Source: Candidatus Saccharimonadales bacterium
Lineage (GTDB): Bacteria; Patescibacteriota; Saccharimonadia; Saccharimonadales; JACDBH01
Length of the DNA stretch: 64,000 nt
Assembly: GCA_041752595.1 (NCBI GenBank)
Contig: JBGSWE010000007.1
Coordinates: 8,986 to 72,985, forward strand
Direction: 5' to 3'
Part shown: positions 53,256-62,599 of the stretch, piece after piece
How positions within the stretch are numbered: position 1 is the first letter of the stretch
How the letters are laid out: each line of letters starts with the position of its first letter
The notes under the pieces: model-generated
What the model was told of the DNA's origin: nothing
The model's database searches: none
What the model saw: only the letters and a program-made list of their open reading frames with translations
Program-made: the position numbers and the translations under genes

Positions 53256-54176
53256 ATGGAATTAGCAAAAAATATAAGGCTATATTACCTTAAACACTTC
53301 CAGGAATTGCCTTTTGATAAACAGCTTCATTTTGCTGGTAGGTTATATTCTTGGAACAACGACCCAGAGTGCGGTAAATTAATTAGCGAACTCGGTAAAC
53401 AATATATTAATGGTGTTGTTTCAGCTGATACTATACTTAGCGAACTCATAAACAAACCGCCTAGTGCTCAAGTAAATGCTCCCTCTCTAAGAGAACCTTA
53501 TTTTGCTAAATATCATGAACTTCGCGGCCTAATGCTAGCTTTATTTAGGGTGAGACATTTGCTTTATTACTACAATATTGATGTACGACAAGACTTTGTT
53601 GATATAAAGCAGTATGATGATCTGCATTCACTTGCTGAAACTTTAATACATGACAAAGATGCAATGCGCGCACTTTCAACCTATGCAGTAAATTATATCT
53701 ACTTAGTTGACCATATATTGTTTGATGTCGGCAGTAATATAATAGACGTAGAGTATTTATTTAACCTTGGTGACGGCTATGATGTCGAAAATAAAGATGA
53801 ACTTATGCTCCTAATTTATTTGTACACCCACTGTATAATCGGCGAAACAAACTACTACGAAAGAGGGATCAAACCCGAACGTATAGGCGGTTATACAAAA
53901 ATGCTAGATAAGTTAGAGAAGTTAATTGAAAAACACTACGAAAATATTAACCTAGATAGCAAGCTAGAGTTTTTAGCTTGTTGCAGAATAATGAATTACC
54001 AAACTGCTTTATTTGAAACGATTTATGCTGAGTGCGCAGAATCAATTAGTCTAGATGGGGATTTTCTTGTAGATAGATTAAATAAAGCTGGCCAAACAAA
54101 CAAAACAACTTTTGAACAATCCGAACACCGAAATGTTTTATTTATTATGAGTACTCTAAAGTACCAACACGCTTAA
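53256..54176 (+). CDS. hypothetical 306-aa protein (no recognisable family)
   Basis: Long clean ORF, predicted soluble and helical. Distinctive block LLIYLYTHCIIGETNYYERG. Divergent from the rimK operon; 3' end overlaps the convergent ATP-grasp gene by 4 nt. Confidence 0.6.
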   Translation: MELAKNIRLYYLKHFQELPFDKQLHFAGRLYSWNNDPECGKLISELGKQYINGVVSADTILSELINKPPSAQVNAPSLREPYFAKYHELRGLMLALFRVRHLLYYYNIDVRQDFVDIKQYDDLHSLAETLIHDKDAMRALSTYAVNYIYLVDHILFDVGSNIIDVEYLFNLGDGYDVENKDELMLLIYLYTHCIIGETNYYERGIKPERIGGYTKMLDKLEKLIEKHYENINLDSKLEFLACCRIMNYQTALFETIYAECAESISLDGDFLVDRLNKAGQTNKTTFEQSEHRNVLFIMSTLKYQHA

Positions 54177-55081
54177 ACATTATCTACAGAATCAAAATAT
54201 CGTGCGATTGCCTTAGCCTTTTCTTCAATAAATGCACCACTCATTAATTGTGGCTGTGAGTTAACCTCTAAAAAGAAAAATTCGCCGGTATTTTCATCGG
54301 CTAATACATCAACACCAGCAACTGTCATATCTAGCGATTTCATAACTTTTTTAGCACCTTCTATTATTTCGGCGGGGACTTCAGAATCTGAAGCAAGCAA
54401 TGCTTGCCCGCCCTGAGAGGTGTTATTAAGATGTGAGCCCTCTACAGCTTGACGACCAATGATTAGAACTTCATCACCAACTATTAGCACGCGATAGTCA
54501 TTATTATTTGGAACGAAACGCTGTAATATAAAGGGCTTGCCTGGGCTTTCATTATAAATTTTTGTAGCTTCTTCTATCGAACTGACGAGATAATTATCAT
54601 TGCCATGTGCGCCAAGCGTAGCTTTCATGATGCATGGAAAATCGAAACCTAATAGCCGAGAATTCTTTATTACTGCCGGAGTTACATATACACTTTTAGC
54701 TACTGGTAAACCAAGTTCAAAAAATTGGACAGCTTGAGTTAATTTAGAGGAATCACGGAATCCACTGTAATCATTTACAACTGGAATCTTTTTATACTTT
54801 GCGTAGCTACTTATTGATTTGACTACATCAAATAAATTCCTAAAGCTTTTGCCTCGAATCAAGATAAGTTGATAATCCGCCAGGTCCTTCTGAGTTCTGT
54901 CATCAAAGATACTAAACTCATTATCCCCAACACCAATGATCAAATCGTCAAACAATGTGAAACTGATGCTACTGTCTGATTTACTATAGCCAATTGCTTT
55001 ATCAAAAAACGCAGCATATTCTCCATAATATTGTTCTGGGTTATCAGATGTTTCTTTGTTTCCAATTAGTAATATATTCAT
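54173..55081 (-). CDS. second, divergent RimK-like ATP-grasp ligase
   Basis: ATP-grasp blocks SKLTQAVQFFELGLPVAKS, CIMKATLGAHGNDN, ILQRFVP..NDYRVLIVG, GSHLNNTSQGGQA, FFLEVNSQP. ATG at 55081 preferred over the TTG at 55099. Confidence 0.75.
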   Translation of the reverse strand: MNILLIGNKETSDNPEQYYGEYAAFFDKAIGYSKSDSSISFTLFDDLIIGVGDNEFSIFDDRTQKDLADYQLILIRGKSFRNLFDVVKSISSYAKYKKIPVVNDYSGFRDSSKLTQAVQFFELGLPVAKSVYVTPAVIKNSRLLGFDFPCIMKATLGAHGNDNYLVSSIEEATKIYNESPGKPFILQRFVPNNNDYRVLIVGDEVLIIGRQAVEGSHLNNTSQGGQALLASDSEVPAEIIEGAKKVMKSLDMTVAGVDVLADENTGEFFFLEVNSQPQLMSGAFIEEKAKAIARYFDSVDNV

Positions 55082-55122
55082 TAAATAATTATAGAACAAT
55101 TAAGCTATATATGTCTGGCCTT

Positions 55123-55239
55123 TTAACCATTTGCTTGAGATACCCGCATGTAGACAATTACAATTACCGCGATCAGGATTGCCAGCAGGCAAATAATCAT
55201 TGTAAAAAAACCGCTCTGTTCGTTTTTCAGAGATTTCAT
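55123..55239 (-). CDS. possible 38-aa single-TM peptide downstream of dnaJ (below ORF-track cutoff)
   Basis: MKSLKNEQSGFFTMIICLLAILIAVIVIVYMRVSQANG. No supporting signal beyond the ORF and its hydrophobic core. Confidence 0.25.
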   Translation of the reverse strand: MKSLKNEQSGFFTMIICLLAILIAVIVIVYMRVSQANG

Positions 55240-55282
55240 AGATAACATTATTATTACACAAACTACTTAAGGTTTACATATT

Positions 55283-56383
55283 TTAGCGGAAGAAACCCTT
55301 TTTGCCGCCAGCCGTTTTGAACTGTTCAAGTAACTCTTTTTGTTCTTTACTTAGGTGTTCTGGGGTTTGAACATTAATTGTAACGATATGTGCTCCTCGA
55401 GAACTACTACGCAGATGAGTAACACCGTGGTTACTTAGTTTAAAATCTGTGCCGCTCTGTGTACCGGCTGGTATTTTCATAGTTACGTCGCCATCAACAG
55501 TTGCTACTTCTATTTCCGCCCCGAGTGCAGCATCTACCATAGAAACAACTTCTTCCGACAATATTAGGTCACCCTCGCGGGTAAAATGTTTGTGGGCTTT
55601 TACCCTAATATTTACATATAAATCGCCACGCGGTGCATTAGCTAGTGCTTCACCGTGCTCACGCAAACGGATAGTCGCACCATCGTCTATACCAGCTGGA
55701 ATTTTAAGTTTAACTTCTTGATTTTTAGATTTTGTACCTTTGCCTTTGCAAACTGTGCAGGATTTTTCTGGAACTTTACCAGTGCCGCGACAAGTTTGGC
55801 ATATAACAGCCTGTTGGATATTGCCAAAAATTGTTCTTGTTACGCTCATTATCTGACCAGAACCTTTACAAGTATCACAAGCAACTAGCTTGTGGCCAGG
55901 TTCGGCTGTTGTGCCTTTACAATGTTCACAAGTATCTTCCATGACCATATTGAGCTCGACTTCGGTGCCAAAAACTGCCTGTTCAAAAGTGATTACAACG
56001 TCTGTTTCGACATCACGACCACGCTTGGCTCGTCCACGACTTTGTTGGCCGCCGCCAAAAAAACTTCCAAATATATCACCCAGGCCTAAATCGCCAAAGT
56101 CAAAGTTAACATTCTGACCAGCTTGGCCGCCAAAACCACCAAACGGATCACTTGAACTATTCCCGCCCACACCAGCATGACCAAACTGATCATAACGCTG
56201 GCGCTTTGAATTGTCTTTTAGAACTTCATAGGCTTCGTTTACCTCTTTGAACTTGGCTTCATTACCACCCTCTTTGTCTGGGTGGTGTTCGATAGCCTTT
56301 TTGCGGAAGGCTTTTTTTATCTCGTCAGCACTGGCACCTTTTGAAACGCCGAGCACATCATAATAGTCTCTTTTTTCACCCAT
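55283..56383 (-). CDS. dnaJ: chaperone DnaJ
   Basis: J domain with HPDK, G/F region, four CxxCxGxG zinc motifs. Confidence 0.97.
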   Translation of the reverse strand: MGEKRDYYDVLGVSKGASADEIKKAFRKKAIEHHPDKEGGNEAKFKEVNEAYEVLKDNSKRQRYDQFGHAGVGGNSSSDPFGGFGGQAGQNVNFDFGDLGLGDIFGSFFGGGQQSRGRAKRGRDVETDVVITFEQAVFGTEVELNMVMEDTCEHCKGTTAEPGHKLVACDTCKGSGQIMSVTRTIFGNIQQAVICQTCRGTGKVPEKSCTVCKGKGTKSKNQEVKLKIPAGIDDGATIRLREHGEALANAPRGDLYVNIRVKAHKHFTREGDLILSEEVVSMVDAALGAEIEVATVDGDVTMKIPAGTQSGTDFKLSNHGVTHLRSSSRGAHIVTINVQTPEHLSKEQKELLEQFKTAGGKKGFFR

Positions 56384-56398
56384 GATATGCCCTTTATT

Positions 56399-56425
56399 CT
56401 AGCACTTTTACACCTTGAGTGCTAG
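56399..56425. promoter_or_regulatory. CIRCE-like operator upstream of dnaJ
   Basis: CTAGCACTT-N9-GAGTGCTAG, compared with consensus TTAGCACTC-N9-GAGTGCTAA. Confidence 0.7.
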
Positions 56426-56451
56426 GCAACTAACTTAAAAAATTAACTAAA

Positions 56452-58383
56452 TTACTTCTTATCTTTATCGTCGACAACTTCGCCTTCTACTGGCTCTCCG
56501 CCAGCTGGCGGATTATCATCGTTTTTGGCCTCTTCGCCCTCAACCTCTTCTGCCGGCGCCTCATCTTTAGCGGCTTGCTCGTACATTTTTGCACCAATAG
56601 GCATTAGCTTATCGCTCAGCTCTTTTGCGGCTGCCTCTAGTGCGGCTGAGTCGGCAGATTCATCTGTACTAACTTTTTTGGCAGCTTCAACTGCTTCGTC
56701 CAAAACTTTAATATCATCTTCAGAAATCTTGTCTTTGTTGTCAGATTTAAGCTTTTCGGCTTGGTAAATAGCACTATCTAGCTGATTACGAGTATCGACT
56801 GCTTCGCGCTTTTTCTTATCTTCTTCGGCATGAACTTCTGCATCTTTAGCCATTTTTTCAACTTCGTCCTTAGATAGACCAGATGAGCCCTGAATTGTAA
56901 TGCTCTGCTCTTTACCAGATCCTTTGTCCTTGGCGGTCACATTCAAGATACCGTTAGCATCCAGATTAAATGTAACTTCGATCTGCGGAACACCTCGTGG
57001 AGCTGGTGGAATACCGTCCAGTACAAATCGCCCAAGGCTCTTGTTATCAGTTGCAAACTCTCGCTCGCCCTGCAAAACATGAATTTCTACCTGGCTTTGG
57101 CTATCTGCAGCCGTACTAAATACTTCTGATTTGCTGGTTGGGATTGTAGTGTTTCGCTCAATTAGTTTTGTGCTGACTGACCCCATTGTTTCAATCCCTA
57201 AAGAAAGTGGGGTTACATCAAGCAACAACACGTCCTTGACTTCACCCTGCAACACTCCTCCTTGAATAGCAGCACCTACGGCTACAACTTCGTCAGGGTT
57301 TACACCTTTCATAGGTTCCTTACCAAATATTTTCTTAACTTGTTCTTGCACAGCTGGCATACGAGTCATACCACCAACAAGTACAATTGCATCAATATCA
57401 GAAGCTTTAAGTCCAGCGTCTTTAAGCGCTTTTTGGCAAGGATCGGCAGTTTTAACAATAAGATCACCAACTAGGCTCTCCAGCTTGGCGCGGGTGAGTT
57501 TGTGTTCAAAATGCTTGGGTCCATCAGCGTCGGCAGTAAGGAATGGAAGATTAACATTGACTTCGTTAGCTGTAGATAGCTCAATCTTAGCTTTTTCAGC
57601 TTCATCGCGCAGACGTTGCATTGCAGCGTTGTCGCTAGTTATATCCAGACCGTGTTCTTTTTTGAACTCATCAGCAAAATAATTAACAATTACACGGTCA
57701 AAATCGGCTCCACCAAGATGGGTGTCACCATTGGTGCTCTTGACTTCAAAAACACCATCACCAAGTTCTAGAATTGATACATCAAATGTACCTCCACCTA
57801 GGTCGTAAACGGCAATTTTTTCATCAGACTTACTGCCCTTATCCAAGCCGTATGCAAGTGCGGCTGCAGTTGGCTCATTAATAATACGCTTGACCTCTAA
57901 GCCAGCAATTTTACCAGCGTCCTTGGTAGCTTGGCGCTGTGAGTCATCAAAATAAGCCGGAACGGTAATTACCGCTTCCGTTACTGGTTGGCCTAAAAAG
58001 CCTTCTGCATCAGCCTTGAGCTTAGATAAAATCATAGCACTAACTTCTTCTGGGCTATACTCTTTGTCGCCCATTTTAACCTTAACGGCGTTGCCACTTT
58101 TGATAATTTCATAACCCATGAGTTTTAGGTCACGTTGAACCTCTTTGTCGGTAAAACTACGCCCAATCAAACGCTTAACTTCATAAATAGTGTTCTTTGG
58201 GTTTGTTACTTGTTGGCGACGAGCAAGCTGCCCAACAAGACGTTCACCGTTTTTATTTACGGCAACAACACTTGGAGTTGTACGTGCCCCCTCTGAATTA
58301 GTAATAATTTCAGCCTTACCAGACTGCATTGCAGCCATAGCGCTGTTAGTTGTTCCTAGATCAATACCTATTATCTTGCCCAT
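56452..58383 (-). CDS. dnaK: chaperone DnaK (Hsp70)
   Basis: [17 protein letters not shown] and the rest of the Hsp70 signatures. 643 aa with an acidic tail. Confidence 0.98.
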   Translation of the reverse strand: MGKIIGIDLGTTNSAMAAMQSGKAEIITNSEGARTTPSVVAVNKNGERLVGQLARRQQVTNPKNTIYEVKRLIGRSFTDKEVQRDLKLMGYEIIKSGNAVKVKMGDKEYSPEEVSAMILSKLKADAEGFLGQPVTEAVITVPAYFDDSQRQATKDAGKIAGLEVKRIINEPTAAALAYGLDKGSKSDEKIAVYDLGGGTFDVSILELGDGVFEVKSTNGDTHLGGADFDRVIVNYFADEFKKEHGLDITSDNAAMQRLRDEAEKAKIELSTANEVNVNLPFLTADADGPKHFEHKLTRAKLESLVGDLIVKTADPCQKALKDAGLKASDIDAIVLVGGMTRMPAVQEQVKKIFGKEPMKGVNPDEVVAVGAAIQGGVLQGEVKDVLLLDVTPLSLGIETMGSVSTKLIERNTTIPTSKSEVFSTAADSQSQVEIHVLQGEREFATDNKSLGRFVLDGIPPAPRGVPQIEVTFNLDANGILNVTAKDKGSGKEQSITIQGSSGLSKDEVEKMAKDAEVHAEEDKKKREAVDTRNQLDSAIYQAEKLKSDNKDKISEDDIKVLDEAVEAAKKVSTDESADSAALEAAAKELSDKLMPIGAKMYEQAAKDEAPAEEVEGEEAKNDDNPPAGGEPVEGEVVDDKDKK

Positions 58384-58398
58384 GTTATGCTCCTTAAT

Positions 58399-58425
58399 TT
58401 AGCAGTAGACTCAATTGAGTGCTAA
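58399..58425. promoter_or_regulatory. CIRCE operator (proximal, imperfect) upstream of dnaK
   Basis: TTAGCAGTA-N9-GAGTGCTAA, with two mismatches in the left arm. Confidence 0.75.
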
Positions 58426-58447
58426 ATTAATTGTAGCATCAAATTAA

Positions 58448-58474
58448 TTAGCACTCAAGTACTAAGAGTGCTAA
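58448..58474. promoter_or_regulatory. CIRCE operator (distal, perfect) upstream of dnaK
   Basis: TTAGCACTC-aagtactaa-GAGTGCTAA, a perfect match to consensus. Confidence 0.9.
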
Positions 58475-58478
58475 TTAT

Positions 58479-58805
58479 TTAATTTGTTTGTGCAGCCATG
58501 AGACGAGCTTGGTGAATTCGCTCACTTACATGGGTAATGAATGATTCATCAAAGGTTAGAACCAATACACCGCCATCTAAATAGTCGTTATAGTCATCGA
58601 TCGATTGCATAAGTCCCTCGATTCTATCCTTTTCAACTACTGAACCGTCGACCCCGCTTGCAATAACAGATAGTTCAAATGTTTGTGCACGGTTAAGCAC
58701 ATCATCAAACAAAACAGGAAAAACGTGGTCTAGAAAATGTACGCGCCGAAAGGCTTCTGTGAGATTTGGCTGGTGATTTAAAGAGTTTACCTCTATTTCA
58801 CTCAT
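58479..58805 (-). CDS. hypothetical acidic 108-aa protein between grpE and dnaK
   Basis: Clean ORF in the operon position. No motif recognised. Confidence 0.5.
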   Translation of the reverse strand: MSEIEVNSLNHQPNLTEAFRRVHFLDHVFPVLFDDVLNRAQTFELSVIASGVDGSVVEKDRIEGLMQSIDDYNDYLDGGVLVLTFDESFITHVSERIHQARLMAAQTN

Positions 58806-58845
58806 AATTTGGCTATTATAACTTATTTTATTATTTTAGTCAATA

Positions 58846-59304
58846 TTAACTTTTAACTCTAACCATTGCGTGGCGGATTACTTCGTCACCTAAAACATAG
58901 CCTGATTGTAACTCTTCGCTGACAGTTTCCGTATCTGAATCGCCCTCTTCAAGACTAATTGCTTCATGCAAATGAGGGTTAAACGGCTCTCCAACGGTTT
59001 TGATTCTCTCCAAACCTAATTTGGTTAAGGAGTCTTCAAACTGCTTCACAACACCTTTAACACCTTTTATGTAGTCGTTATCTTTGAGCTCATCTGGCAC
59101 ATGTTTGATTGCTCGCTCAAAATTATCAATTACTGGTAGTAGTTCTTTAATAACGGATGCTTTATAGAACGAGCCGAGTTTGATTCGTTCCTCCTCGCTT
59201 CTACGCCGAACATTGGTTGCGTCAGCGCGTTCACGCTGCAATGCATCGGTTAAATCAGCAATTTGCTGTAGTAATTCATCTTGATTATTTGATTTTTTAG
59301 TCAT
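58846..59304 (-). CDS. grpE: nucleotide exchange factor GrpE
   Basis: Coiled-coil N-terminus, then DNFERA..., FNPHLHEA, GYVLGDEVIRHAMVRV blocks. Confidence 0.93.
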   Translation of the reverse strand: MTKKSNNQDELLQQIADLTDALQRERADATNVRRRSEEERIKLGSFYKASVIKELLPVIDNFERAIKHVPDELKDNDYIKGVKGVVKQFEDSLTKLGLERIKTVGEPFNPHLHEAISLEEGDSDTETVSEELQSGYVLGDEVIRHAMVRVKS

Positions 59305-59527
59305 TAATTTCTCCTGAACTGATTTGATTTCGATGTGCTTCTGATCCTGACGTACTGCAGCTATCTAGTAATTCAGTTCTTAGACCCAGAGCTTGTAAGG
59401 AAACCCTCAGTCCGTGTACTGCGTAAGACCTATTTCCATCAGTTTCTTCATAATCAGTAGCCCAAGCAGCCTGAAACATGTCTGTTAACACCTCTCTACC
59501 TAGTCTTTCGAAACCAACATCAGACAT
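59297..59527 (-). CDS. hypothetical 76-aa protein
   Basis: ORF overlapping the grpE start by 8 nt. No motif; coding status uncertain. Confidence 0.35.
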   Translation of the reverse strand: MSDVGFERLGREVLTDMFQAAWATDYEETDGNRSYAVHGLRVSLQALGLRTELLDSCSTSGSEAHRNQISSGEIND

Positions 59528-59539
59528 ACATCGCCTCCA

Positions 59540-59794
59540 TCAATCAAGCTTTTGATTATCGTCTTTAAGTTTTCTTCCTAATAAAAAACAAATTATTACA
59601 CCAGCAAAGTAAGGCAAAATCGCAATATAAAGATTTGAGTCTGATGCTCCTTCAAATTGCTTTTCTGAACCCAGGAAACCATCAAACATTAATGCTAAAC
59701 CAACAATAATAAATACACCGGCACTTACCAATATAGAAGCAACAATCAATAAGTAACCCATTACAAGCATGCTTATCCTCTTAAATTCAGACAT
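59540..59794 (-). CDS. 84-aa two-TM membrane protein
   Basis: Two hydrophobic helices. Overlaps the hrcA stop by 8 nt. Confidence 0.45.
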   Translation of the reverse strand: MSEFKRISMLVMGYLLIVASILVSAGVFIIVGLALMFDGFLGSEKQFEGASDSNLYIAILPYFAGVIICFLLGRKLKDDNQKLD

Positions 59795-60491
59795 ACATCG
59801 CCTCCTCTAAGGCTTTACCCGCCCTAGACACAAGTGCAGTCACCTCACGGTAACTTTGCCTAGTTGGACCGAGTACGCCTATGTAACTACGGTCAGAATA
59901 TGGCGAACGAAAACGGCTAATGATCAAAGAACATCCAGCACCGCCACCAATTGGATTTTCGCGCCCAATATAAACACTTAACGGGTCATTAGGGGCGGCT
60001 TCTTTAAGCCAAGGCTCGAGATTATCTAATAAACGAGCTACTTCCTGGACCTGGCCAGGCAGCACAAACTCTGGCTGCCCAAATAGATTTCCTAGACCAC
60101 TCATATATAACTGATCGCCGATAGTTGCCAAGCCAAGATTGTGGGTAAGCTCAACCAAAGTATCAACTGCATTTCTGATAGTACGCTCTGGCATGCCGCC
60201 ATGCTGAATACGAGTTGCGATAGCCTTTTCGCCGCGACGCTCGTCCAAAGAAGGTTCCTCTTCATTAAGACTATTTACATAAAATCGATAGCCTTTATCA
60301 GATGGTACCCGTCCTGCACTTGTATGTGGCTGAATAATATAGCCAAGCCGTTCAAGCTCAGCCATTTCGGCGCGTATCGTAGCGCTAGATACGCCAAAAA
60401 GCTTTGCTAAAAGGTTACTACCTACAGGGCTTGCGACTTCGGCATATTGTTCTACTATTGCAAGTAATATGGCTTGCTGACGAGCTGTCAT
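59787..60491 (-). CDS. hrcA: heat-inducible repressor HrcA (compact, 234 aa)
   Basis: N-terminal wHTH ([50 protein letters not shown]) and C-terminal [11 protein letters not shown] block. About 100 aa shorter than typical HrcA. Confidence 0.85.
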   Translation of the reverse strand: MTARQQAILLAIVEQYAEVASPVGSNLLAKLFGVSSATIRAEMAELERLGYIIQPHTSAGRVPSDKGYRFYVNSLNEEEPSLDERRGEKAIATRIQHGGMPERTIRNAVDTLVELTHNLGLATIGDQLYMSGLGNLFGQPEFVLPGQVQEVARLLDNLEPWLKEAAPNDPLSVYIGRENPIGGGAGCSLIISRFRSPYSDRSYIGVLGPTRQSYREVTALVSRAGKALEEAMYV

Positions 60492-60502
60492 AATAACTTA
60501 TT

Positions 60503-60529
60503 TTAGCACTCAAAACCCATGACTGCCAA
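60503..60529. promoter_or_regulatory. CIRCE-like operator upstream of hrcA
   Basis: TTAGCACTC-N9-GACTGCCAA, with a perfect left arm and two mismatches in the right arm. Confidence 0.6.
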
Positions 60530-60531
60530 GT

Positions 60532-60852
60532 TTATTCTTTTGGATAAGTTAAAAATTCTATATATCCGTCTTCACTAGCGGTGATATCTCCGTCAATAAA
60601 CTTTACAAGCTCTGGGTTTATTACCTTGCCAACTTCGGCCTCTACAGATATCTGATCAGTATCGGCTACGGATTGATTAATTGCACTGGGAATAAAGGCT
60701 GCTAGGAGTATTAGGGCACTAGAAAATAAGGCTACTAACGCAATTCGATTACGATTAACAATATCCTCATAGTGAAGCTCAAAATCGCCAGTTACGATTT
60801 CTGCTTTGTGTTTATCTGAACGACGCTTATATCCACGCCTTAATGTTGGCAT
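60532..60852 (-). CDS. single-TM hypothetical protein
   Basis: Basic N-terminus (MPTLRRGYKRRSDKHK), one TM helix, acidic ectodomain. ATG at 60852 preferred over the track start at 60897. Confidence 0.45.
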   Translation of the reverse strand: MPTLRRGYKRRSDKHKAEIVTGDFELHYEDIVNRNRIALVALFSSALILLAAFIPSAINQSVADTDQISVEAEVGKVINPELVKFIDGDITASEDGYIEFLTYPKE

Positions 60853-60992
60853 AGATATTATTATCACACACTGTTTTTGTACTAGCAAACCGCACATGCT
60901 TGCACATATAATATTTTTATTAGATAGTATTGACTTTTTTACAAATATTTGATATAATACTGAGTACCTGTTAAAACAGGAATTTAATTATT

Positions 60993-61826
60993 ATGAACAC
61001 TTTAGATATTACTAACAGCCAAGCTATATTACTTCTACCAGCGTATAACGAGGGTAGCAGAATAGGACAACCGGGCGAACAGCCAGGCGACACCTTTAAG
61101 CGTGCCATTGATCATTATCAAACAGGTTTAGATTCAGACTTTGGTAGTGCTGCAGAAGTTGTAGTTATTAATGACGGCTCTACGGACAACACAAAAGAAG
61201 TTGCCACAAATATGGGTGTTAGGGTACTAGAACACGCCGACGGCTTAAATCACGGCCGTGGTGCAGCTCTTACTAATGGATTTAGCGCACTATCTAGTCA
61301 AACAGAAGCAATCGGCTACACAGATGCAGATGGCTCATACGATTACGAAACTCAGAGACAATTAATGGCTGAAATATTTGAGGGTTCAGATGCAGCAGTT
61401 GCCTTTCGTGCATCTGGCGAAGGACAGCATGCAAACTTTTTACGCAAGATTGCCCACACAGCACTCAATAGAACCTGTAGTTTAGTTGCTCCAACAGGTA
61501 TAAAAGATCCGCAAGCTGGTGCGAAATGGTTTAACGGTGATGTAGCCGCAGATTTGTGGCAGGACGCACCCGAAGGTTGGGCAGCCGACCGATACGCCAT
61601 GAACCGCGCTTTGCGCCATGGATTAATAGTAAGAGAAGTTGGTGCGCTAATTGTTTCGGCCGAAGGTTCATCTGTAGATGATGTCAAAGATGCATTAATA
61701 ATGATGCGTGATAGTTTAGTTATAAATCTTCAGAATGCTAAAAACCCTAGTGCTATCAGACAATCAGCGACAAATACCGCCATAAGTTCATTTGACCGAG
61801 CTGTAGATATCGTTAAAAGACGTTAA
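60993..61826 (+). CDS. family 2 glycosyltransferase (polyprenol-phosphate sugar transferase-like)
   Basis: LLLPAYNE, VVVINDGSTDNT and TDADGSY (DXD) motifs. Confidence 0.75.
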   Translation: MNTLDITNSQAILLLPAYNEGSRIGQPGEQPGDTFKRAIDHYQTGLDSDFGSAAEVVVINDGSTDNTKEVATNMGVRVLEHADGLNHGRGAALTNGFSALSSQTEAIGYTDADGSYDYETQRQLMAEIFEGSDAAVAFRASGEGQHANFLRKIAHTALNRTCSLVAPTGIKDPQAGAKWFNGDVAADLWQDAPEGWAADRYAMNRALRHGLIVREVGALIVSAEGSSVDDVKDALIMMRDSLVINLQNAKNPSAIRQSATNTAISSFDRAVDIVKRR

Positions 61827-62566
61827 GTTTTTTGTAAAAAAAGTTGCACATCTTCAATTAATTGCAGGGCATGATTTCGACCTTTTTGCTGCTTGCTATT
61901 ATCTGGAGTTCGGCCGTTTACAAGCTCATCAACCACCTGAGATGCTTCGTGAATCTCATTGTTTATAACAAAATTATAATAATCTTTATTAAGTGCAGTT
62001 GTTATTTCCTCTACCGCGCTCGTTAGGCGACGCACAATTTCTTCTTCTTCAATCTGGCCCCTACCGCGCAAACGCTGCATCCAAATATCGAAACTGGGTG
62101 GTAATAGAAATATTGAGAGTAGATTTGGATTTAATTCATGATAAAATTCTGCGCCATTTGGCTCGATTTCTTTGATTGTTATAAGCCCGCTTTTATTAGC
62201 TTTTATATATTCATTTATATGTGCGCCACTGACTTGCTGCTGATGAATTATTGCTGCTTCTAGATATTCACCTTGTTTTATTCCTTGTAAAAACTCGGCT
62301 TCTGACTTGAACCAATACTCTTTGCCGTTAACTTCTAGGGCACCGTTATTAACTCGTTTTTGGCGAGTTGTATCTGAAACAATCATACAATAACGGCCCG
62401 TATCTACAAGAATGTTTATCATGGTATTTCTGCCAGATGCAGTAGGACCGACTAATATAACTTGTTTAACTGCTCTAAAAATATCTACACTTTGGTCACT
62501 AGGGTGATATTGCTTAATGACTTGTTCAAATTCTTCAAGATTTTCTAATTTATTGATGGGTTGCAT
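61823..62566 (-). CDS. guanylate-kinase-like protein with degenerate P-loop
   Basis: GPTASGRNT replaces GxxGxGK[ST]. Gmk-like blocks SDTTRQKR...GKEYWF and LLPPS...RLRGRG. N- and C-terminal extensions. Confidence 0.6.
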   Translation of the reverse strand: MQPINKLENLEEFEQVIKQYHPSDQSVDIFRAVKQVILVGPTASGRNTMINILVDTGRYCMIVSDTTRQKRVNNGALEVNGKEYWFKSEAEFLQGIKQGEYLEAAIIHQQQVSGAHINEYIKANKSGLITIKEIEPNGAEFYHELNPNLLSIFLLPPSFDIWMQRLRGRGQIEEEEIVRRLTSAVEEITTALNKDYYNFVINNEIHEASQVVDELVNGRTPDNSKQQKGRNHALQLIEDVQLFLQKT

Positions 62567-62599
62567 AGGTAGTTGTAAAAGATAATACTAAGCAGCTAC

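Noticed and set aside
54994-55245. 83-aa plus-strand ORF
   Set aside because: Its 5' part is antisense to the ATP-grasp gene and the rest is AT-rich spacer. A 38-aa minus-strand TM ORF (55123-55239) is listed instead at low confidence.
55449-58402. Multiple 60-90-aa plus-strand ORFs
   Set aside because: All lie antisense within dnaJ and dnaK. Low-complexity translations with no independent signals.
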